From contig JASNZL010000009.1 in NCBI GenBank assembly GCA_048499675.1, positions 303 to 64,302 on the forward strand: 64,000 nucleotides of DNA. Direction: 5' to 3'. Below the pieces are notes generated by a model. It worked only from the letters and a program-made list of their open reading frames with translations, was not told the DNA's origin and searched no databases. Below are positions 58,861 through 64,000 of the stretch, one piece after another; within the stretch, counting starts at the first letter, position 1, and each line of letters begins with the position of its first letter. The DNA comes from Candidatus Zambryskiibacteriota bacterium (GTDB taxonomy: Bacteria > Patescibacteriota > Minisyncoccia > Phycocordibacterales > WO2-35-19). A program made the position numbers and the translations under genes.

Positions 58861-60750
58861 TTAACTTTTTGTCTCGTCTGGTTTGTCCTCTGTTTTTGGT
58901 TCTTCAGACTTATTTTCTTCGACTGGATTCTGACCACTCGATTCTGGATTATTTTTCTTCATCTCCTCACCTATTTTTTGCATTTCTTTTGAGAGTTCCT
59001 CGGTTGCTTTCTTGATTAGATCAATATCTTCACCTTCTTTTGCTTTTTTAAGCTCATCTATTTTTGAATTTATCCCCGTTTTTACTTCATCAGATACCTT
59101 TCCTTCTGCATCTTTAAGTGCTTTCTCTGCAGTATAAACCATTTGCTCTGAAAGATTTCTTGCTTCTGCCAAATCTTTTTTCTTTTGGTCCTCTGAAGCA
59201 TGAGCTTCTGCCTCCTTTTGCATTCTTTCAATGTCTTCCTTTGAAAGACCAGATGAACCCTCAATCTTGATAGATTGCTCTTTTCCACTTGATTTGTCTT
59301 TTGCTTTGACATTCAAAATACCATTTGCATCAATATCAAAGGTAACTTCAACTTGTGGCACACCTCTCGGAGCTGGCGGAATTCCATCAAGAATAAATCT
59401 ACCCAAAGACCTGTTGTCGTTTGCAAGAGGTCTTTCTCCTTGAACTATATGTATTTCAACACTTGTTTGATTGTCAGCTGCCGTTGAAAAAACTTGAGAA
59501 CGGGACGCTGGAACAGTTGTATTTCTTTCTATAAGTTTTGTAGCCACACCTCCCATTGTCTCAATCCCCAAAGATAGTGGAATGACATCCAAAAGCAAAA
59601 TATCTTTTACATCTCCTGCTATAATACCTCCTTGAATAGCAGCACCGAGTGCCACCACTTCGTCTGGGTTGATAGATTTGTTTGGTTCTTTACCAAAAAA
59701 TCTCTTAACTTCTTCAACTATTTTTGGCATTCTTGTTTGACCTCCCACCAAAACAACCTCTTCTATTTCGTTTACCTTGAATGGAGAAGCTTCTATTGCC
59801 CTCTTTGTTATATCTATTGCTCTTTGTATAAACTCGTCAGCAATTTCCTCCAATTTAGCTCTCGTCATTTTTATTAAGAGGTGCCTTGGACCACTTGAAT
59901 CAGAAGTAATGAATGGAATATTTACTTCTGTTTCCATTGCTGTTGAGAGTTCTATTTTTGCTTTTTCTGATGCCTCGTCCAATCTCTGCAAAGCAAGCGG
60001 GTCTTTTGTGATATCAATTCCCGACTCTTTTTTGAATTCCTCAGCAAGCCAGTGAATTATTTTTTGGTCTATATCTTTTCCGCCCAAGTGACTATCACCA
60101 TCTGTTGATTTCACCTCAACCACATCATCTCCAACTTCTAGGATTGAAATATCAAAAGTTCCACCTCCAAAGTCAAAGACGGCAATTTGTTCGTTTTTCT
60201 TTTTGTTAAACCCATAAGCAAGCGCTGCCGCTGTTGGTTCGTTAATAATTCTTTTTACATCAAGGCCAGCAATTGCGCCTGCATCTTTTGTCGCCTTTCT
60301 TTGAGCATCATTAAAGTATGCCGGCACAGTGATTATCGCTTCTGTAATTTTCTCTCCCAACTTTGCTTCTGCATCTGCTTTTAGTTTTGAAAGAATCATT
60401 GCCGATATTTCTTCTGGTCGATAATTCTTTTCTCCTATTTTTATGTTTACCCCACCTGTTTCTGACTTAGTCATTTCATACGGCACAGTTTTTAAGTCCT
60501 TTTGAACAGCTTCTTCTTCAAAATTGTGCCCTATAAATCTTTTTATGCCGAAAACTGTGTTTTTTGGATTTGTAACAGCTTGTCGTCTTGCAAGAAGACC
60601 CACCAATCTCTCTCCAGTTTTTGAGACAGCAACAATAGAAGGAGTCGTTCTCGCACCTTCTGCGTTTTCAATTATTTTTGGATTTCCTGATTCCATTACA
60701 GCTACTGCGCAGTTTGTTGTTCCTAAGTCAATTCCTATTATTTTACTCAT
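58861..60750 (-). CDS. dnaK: Chaperone DnaK
   Basis: [33 protein letters not shown]. Confidence 0.98.
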   Translation of the reverse strand: MSKIIGIDLGTTNCAVAVMESGNPKIIENAEGARTTPSIVAVSKTGERLVGLLARRQAVTNPKNTVFGIKRFIGHNFEEEAVQKDLKTVPYEMTKSETGGVNIKIGEKNYRPEEISAMILSKLKADAEAKLGEKITEAIITVPAYFNDAQRKATKDAGAIAGLDVKRIINEPTAAALAYGFNKKKNEQIAVFDFGGGTFDISILEVGDDVVEVKSTDGDSHLGGKDIDQKIIHWLAEEFKKESGIDITKDPLALQRLDEASEKAKIELSTAMETEVNIPFITSDSSGPRHLLIKMTRAKLEEIADEFIQRAIDITKRAIEASPFKVNEIEEVVLVGGQTRMPKIVEEVKRFFGKEPNKSINPDEVVALGAAIQGGIIAGDVKDILLLDVIPLSLGIETMGGVATKLIERNTTVPASRSQVFSTAADNQTSVEIHIVQGERPLANDNRSLGRFILDGIPPAPRGVPQVEVTFDIDANGILNVKAKDKSSGKEQSIKIEGSSGLSKEDIERMQKEAEAHASEDQKKKDLAEARNLSEQMVYTAEKALKDAEGKVSDEVKTGINSKIDELKKAKEGEDIDLIKKATEELSKEMQKIGEEMKKNNPESSGQNPVEENKSEEPKTEDKPDETKS

Positions 60751-60796
60751 ATCTTTTTTTCATTAATTTATAATAATTAATTGCGACACTTATCCA

Positions 60797-60872
60797 CCTG
60801 CCCGCAATGCTATCGCATACGCGTTGCAGGCGGGCCTGCCCGCAATGCTATCGCATACGCGTTGCAGGCGGG
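60797..60872 (+). repeat. REP-like doublet (two identical 38-bp units)
   Basis: cctgcccgcaatgctatcgcatacgcgttgcaggcggg twice, then CGAA. Confidence 0.8.
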
Positions 60873-61032
60873 CGAATTCATCCAACTTCGCTCCGAATTC
60901 GCGAAGCTACGTTGGACAAGTGCGAATGACACGAATAAAAAATCAATTTCATCTCTTAAATTAGTGTCATTCGAGTTAATTCGTAATTCGTATCGAGTAT
61001 AAATTATACTCCCGACCACCCTCTTTGTGCAC

Positions 61033-61073
61033 TTGCATTTTTACTTCAAATTTGGTATAATATAGGTAGGAGG
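61033..61073 (+). promoter_or_regulatory. Sigma70 promoter TTGCAT-N17-TATAAT (TGn extended) plus AGGAGG SD
   Basis: Read directly from the sequence. Confidence 0.7.
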
Positions 61074-61082
61074 TTTTGAACC

Positions 61083-61262
61083 ATGTATGCTGCTTATGCC
61101 CTGTTTGGCTTTTCGCTACTCAGTGTTGTGCTTGGGTTGATTTGTCTTTTCAAGGACTCACCTGATCAGGGTTACACAAAATCAGTCAACGTTTCAGTTC
61201 TCTTTTTCTCTGCCGGCTGCCTGTCGATTGTGGCAGCAGTGGCCAAATATCTCTTCGGGTGA
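61083..61262 (+). CDS. 59-aa two-TM small membrane protein (not in track)
   Basis: MYAAYALFGFSLLSVVLGLICLFKDSPDQGYTKSVNVSVLFFSAGCLSIVAAVAKYLFG, with promoter, SD and terminator. Confidence 0.7.
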   Translation: MYAAYALFGFSLLSVVLGLICLFKDSPDQGYTKSVNVSVLFFSAGCLSIVAAVAKYLFG

Positions 61263-61287
61263 AGAACATGAATTTGACGGAACCCAT

Positions 61288-61320
61288 GAGCTGCCAAGAC
61301 ATCAAACCGGCGGCTTTTTT
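61288..61320 (+). terminator. Intrinsic terminator
   Basis: agctgcc...ggcggct followed by a T-tract. Confidence 0.55.
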
Positions 61321-61388
61321 CTTGTCTAAAACCTCCAAGCTCTTAGCTCCGAACTTCTTCGATATTTAATTTTTCAATTTTCAATCTT

Positions 61389-61970
61389 TTAATTTTCAAT
61401 TCTGTATTCCCCCACCTTCACCTTCGGCGCCCTTATTATTCTATCCTGTAATTTATAACCCACACTCACCACCTCAATTATTTTGTGATCATCTTCCTCC
61501 TTTTCTACCTCTACACTCTCTACCGCCTCATCTCTCTCTGGATCAAATTTTTCTCCAAGTGGATTTACCACCGAAACACCATGATTTCCTAAAACATTCA
61601 AAAGTTGACTATGAATATATTCAACCCCCACTCTCCAATTCTTATCAACCTTCTCCCACGCTTCTTTGTTTTTAAAAGCACTCTCAAAAGAATCAAGAAC
61701 AGGAATTATTTCGGTTGCAATATCTTCCTTGGCAAATTTAGCAAAATCTCTCTTTTCTTCTTCCAGTCTTTTTCTTAGATTCACACCGTCCGCTCTCTCT
61801 TTTTGCCAACCAGTCAAGTATTCCCTATTCTCGGCCTCAAGCTTCTTGATTTTTTCTCGTAGTTTCTTTATGACACCAGACTGATTCCCTTCTTCACCAT
61901 CTTCACCAATATTGTCATCAAAAACAACATCTTCTCCTATGTCTTTTTTTTCTTCTTTATCCTTATTCAT
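61389..61970 (-). CDS. grpE: Nucleotide exchange factor GrpE
   Basis: AD..N.RKR, IPVLDSFE, GEKFDP..DEAV, GYKL..RIIRAPKVKV. Confidence 0.95.
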   Translation of the reverse strand: MNKDKEEKKDIGEDVVFDDNIGEDGEEGNQSGVIKKLREKIKKLEAENREYLTGWQKERADGVNLRKRLEEEKRDFAKFAKEDIATEIIPVLDSFESAFKNKEAWEKVDKNWRVGVEYIHSQLLNVLGNHGVSVVNPLGEKFDPERDEAVESVEVEKEEDDHKIIEVVSVGYKLQDRIIRAPKVKVGEYRIEN

Positions 61971-62065
61971 AGAAAATACTTTAAATTATTTTTAACCTTT
62001 ATACAAAAGTATTATTCAATATTTTTAGAATAATTAGGTTAATTAGAACAATTAGAAATTTTATT

Positions 62066-62096
62066 CTATCGTTTTGACCACTGCGGAGCCTTCCTT
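62066..62096 (-). repeat. Duplicate of the rpsI 3' end (RKAPQWSKR*)
   Basis: 31 bp matching 62184..62214 with two synonymous differences. Confidence 0.8.
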
Positions 62097-62183
62097 TTCC
62101 CGTAAAGCAAGCAGAGCTTGCCACGGGACTGCGGAAGGCTAACGTGATTTTAACAATGTGCAAAATATGTTGCAAATCGTTAA

Positions 62184-62588
62184 CTAACGCTTTGACCACT
62201 GCGGAGCCTTCCTTGCCTTCTTCAGGCCGAATTTTCTTCTTTCTTTTGATCTTGGATCTCTCTTTAGATAACCTGCTTTTTTTAGTTTTTCTCTAAGTTC
62301 TGATTCATTTTTTATCAAAGCTCTTGAAATAGCCTGTCTTAGCGCCTCGGCTTGAGAATGAACTCCTCCACCTTTGAGTACAACAGATACAGAAAATTCT
62401 CCGGCCTTCGCTTTGTTTATTGGACTTTCGATTATTTTTCTCAACTCTACAGTTGGAAAATACGTATCCAAATTTCTGTCATTTATTATGTAAGAAGTTT
62501 TTGAAGAAGGGGTAATTCTCGCTCTTGCGACAGATGTCTTTCTTCTTCCAATGCCTTCTATGTATTTTGTATCTTTTGTTACAGTCAT
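62184..62588 (-). CDS. rpsI: 30S ribosomal protein S9
   Basis: GRRKTSVAR, GGG..SQAEA, RD.R.KERRKFGLKKARKAPQWSKR. Confidence 0.97.
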   Translation of the reverse strand: MTVTKDTKYIEGIGRRKTSVARARITPSSKTSYIINDRNLDTYFPTVELRKIIESPINKAKAGEFSVSVVLKGGGVHSQAEALRQAISRALIKNESELREKLKKAGYLKRDPRSKERRKFGLKKARKAPQWSKR

Positions 62589-62592
62589 CTTA

Positions 62593-62937
62593 TTAATCTT
62601 TTATTACTAAGTTTTTCATCATTCTATCTCTTAATTTGTTTTTGGGAAGCATACCTTTCACAGCAATCCTTAGTGCCTCTTTCATTCCCTTCTTCTCCAC
62701 TGTCTTTTTCATTGTTACTTCTTTAAGACCTCCTGGGTAGCCAGAGTAAGTTTTGAAAACTTTGCTCTCCATCTTTCTGTTTGTTGTAGAAATTTTAGAA
62801 GCATTCTCAATTTTAACTTTTGTATCTGGGATAGCATTTCTAACAAAATCTGTTCTATTTTTCCCCATTAAATACGATGCTGCTTGGCTCGCAATTCTTC
62901 CCAATTTTTTTCCTTGTGCATCTATTGTATGTTCCAT
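62593..62937 (-). CDS. rplM: 50S ribosomal protein L13 (short form)
   Basis: IDAQGKKLGRIAS, YSGYPGGLK, AVKGMLPKNKL; start 62937 preferred. Confidence 0.95.
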   Translation of the reverse strand: MEHTIDAQGKKLGRIASQAASYLMGKNRTDFVRNAIPDTKVKIENASKISTTNRKMESKVFKTYSGYPGGLKEVTMKKTVEKKGMKEALRIAVKGMLPKNKLRDRMMKNLVIKD

Positions 62938-62962
62938 AATTTTGAATTTAAATTTTGATTCT

Positions 62963-63310
62963 TTATACAAAACTTATAATGGCCATCTTACTCCCATCAG
63001 ACAATCTTCTAGGTAACTTGTTTATTCTTGTGTAGCCACCATTTCTCTTCTCATATCTCTTTGAAAGGTCATCAAACATAATTTTCATAGCTTTTGGTCC
63101 AACCGCCGTTACAACATCTCTCTTTGCTGAAACTGTTTGAAGTTTTGATTTTGTCACCAATTTTTCAATAAAAGGTCTTAGCTCTTTTGCTTTTGCTTCT
63201 GTAGTTTCTATTTTTTCATGCAACACCAAAGATCTAGCAAGCGAATTAATTAAAGCTTTTCTAACTTTTGTTACTCTTCCAAATTTTCTGTTTTGATTGT
63301 GGTGTCTCAT
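62963..63310 (-). CDS. rplQ: 50S ribosomal protein L17
   Basis: MRH...RKFGR, IETTEAKAKELR, RNGGYTRI. Confidence 0.97.
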   Translation of the reverse strand: MRHHNQNRKFGRVTKVRKALINSLARSLVLHEKIETTEAKAKELRPFIEKLVTKSKLQTVSAKRDVVTAVGPKAMKIMFDDLSKRYEKRNGGYTRINKLPRRLSDGSKMAIISFV

Positions 63311-63359
63311 TGTTGTTATTCTTCTTTACTTTATGAACTTTCTAACTTTTAACCTTTTA

Positions 63360-64000
63360 CTACTTAAGTGTTATCCCATTCTCTGCCAATACTCTTTTTA
63401 TTTCTGCAACTCCCTTAGCGCCCAACCCCTCGACTTCTAGAATATCTTTTTCTTTCTTTCTTACGAGTCCGCCGAGCGTCCTTATGTTTGCACTTGAAAG
63501 AGCATTAAGTGTCCTAGCACTCAAATCCATACTCTCAATGCGTGTTTTCAAAAACTCTGGGTCCAACTTCTTTGTATCTGTGTGAGCTCCCTCGTCACTT
63601 GAATCTTCTTCTGATTCAGATGAATTCAACTCTTCTGATTCTTGAATATCTTCAAAACCTGTAATGGCTTTTAGTTGACCTATCATAATATTAATAGATT
63701 GTAGCAATGCATCTTTTGGTGAAATACTTCCATCTGTCTCTATATTAATTCTCAATCTGTTGAAATCAGTTCTGTCTCCAACTCTCATATTTTCAACCTC
63801 ATAACTAACTCTTCTGATTGGTGTGAAGTTTGCATCCAAAACTATTGTTCCTATATCAACTTTATCTTTTCCTACATTATCTCTAGCTATAAAACCCAAA
63901 CCTCTCTCCACTGTCATTTCTATATTTAACTCAGAATTTTTATCAGTAAGAGTAGCCAAAACAAGATCAGGATTAATAACTTCTACTTGACCAGGTACAG
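63360..64000 (-). CDS. rpoA: RNA polymerase alpha subunit, C-terminal part (5' end outside window)
   Basis: LDANFTPIRRVSYEVENMRVGDRTDF..L, alpha-CTD LSARTLNAL...GLGAKG. Confidence 0.96.
   Translation of the reverse strand, partial: VPGQVEVINPDLVLATLTDKNSELNIEMTVERGLGFIARDNVGKDKVDIGTIVLDANFTPIRRVSYEVENMRVGDRTDFNRLRINIETDGSISPKDALLQSINIMIGQLKAITGFEDIQESEELNSSESEEDSSDEGAHTDTKKLDPEFLKTRIESMDLSARTLNALSSANIRTLGGLVRKKEKDILEVEGLGAKGVAEIKRVLAENGITLK

Noticed and set aside
60751-62065. CIRCE/HrcA heat-shock operator
   Set aside because: No TTAGCACTC-N9-GAGTGCTAA seen upstream of grpE or dnaK.
1-64000. Alternative genetic code (UGA=Gly, as in Gracilibacteria/Absconditabacteria)
   Set aside because: Core genes are full length under code 11, and TGA terminates genes such as the 22461 pilin.

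Overview
AT-rich bacterial chromosome segment, most consistent with Patescibacteria/CPR (Parcubacteria-like). This is inferred from the short L13, multiple type IV pilins, LamG/DUF2341 and giant surface proteins, and housekeeping genes mostly lacking Shine-Dalgarno sites; code 11 is used. Core genes: rpmA, rplI, S41 peptidase, CorA, cysS, tRNA-Gly(CCC), lepA, murJ, gatB, dnaJ-dnaK-grpE, rpsI-rplM-rplQ-rpoA. Main candidates for undescribed biology: (1) an operon of an unannotated 56-aa peptide ending in Phe-Asn, a PP-loop ATP pyrophosphatase lacking CxxC motifs and a single-chain PheRS paralog with an altered amino-acid pocket, bracketed by inward-facing REP-like doublets; (2) seven strand-polarised arrays of a degenerate 9-bp repeat around an Avd/IVP-like four-helix-bundle gene, which supply the stop codons of adjacent genes and reuse longer modules; (3) a GxxExxY nuclease gene flanked by ~42-bp inverted repeats inside an ABC operon; (4) REP-like palindromes always followed by CGAA, plus a RAYT-like Y1 transposase; (5) a GIY-YIG cassette in a partly duplicated tRNA-Gly; (6) a duplicated structured 5' leader on two micro-genes. 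All family assignments are from motif recognition only; no database searches were run.
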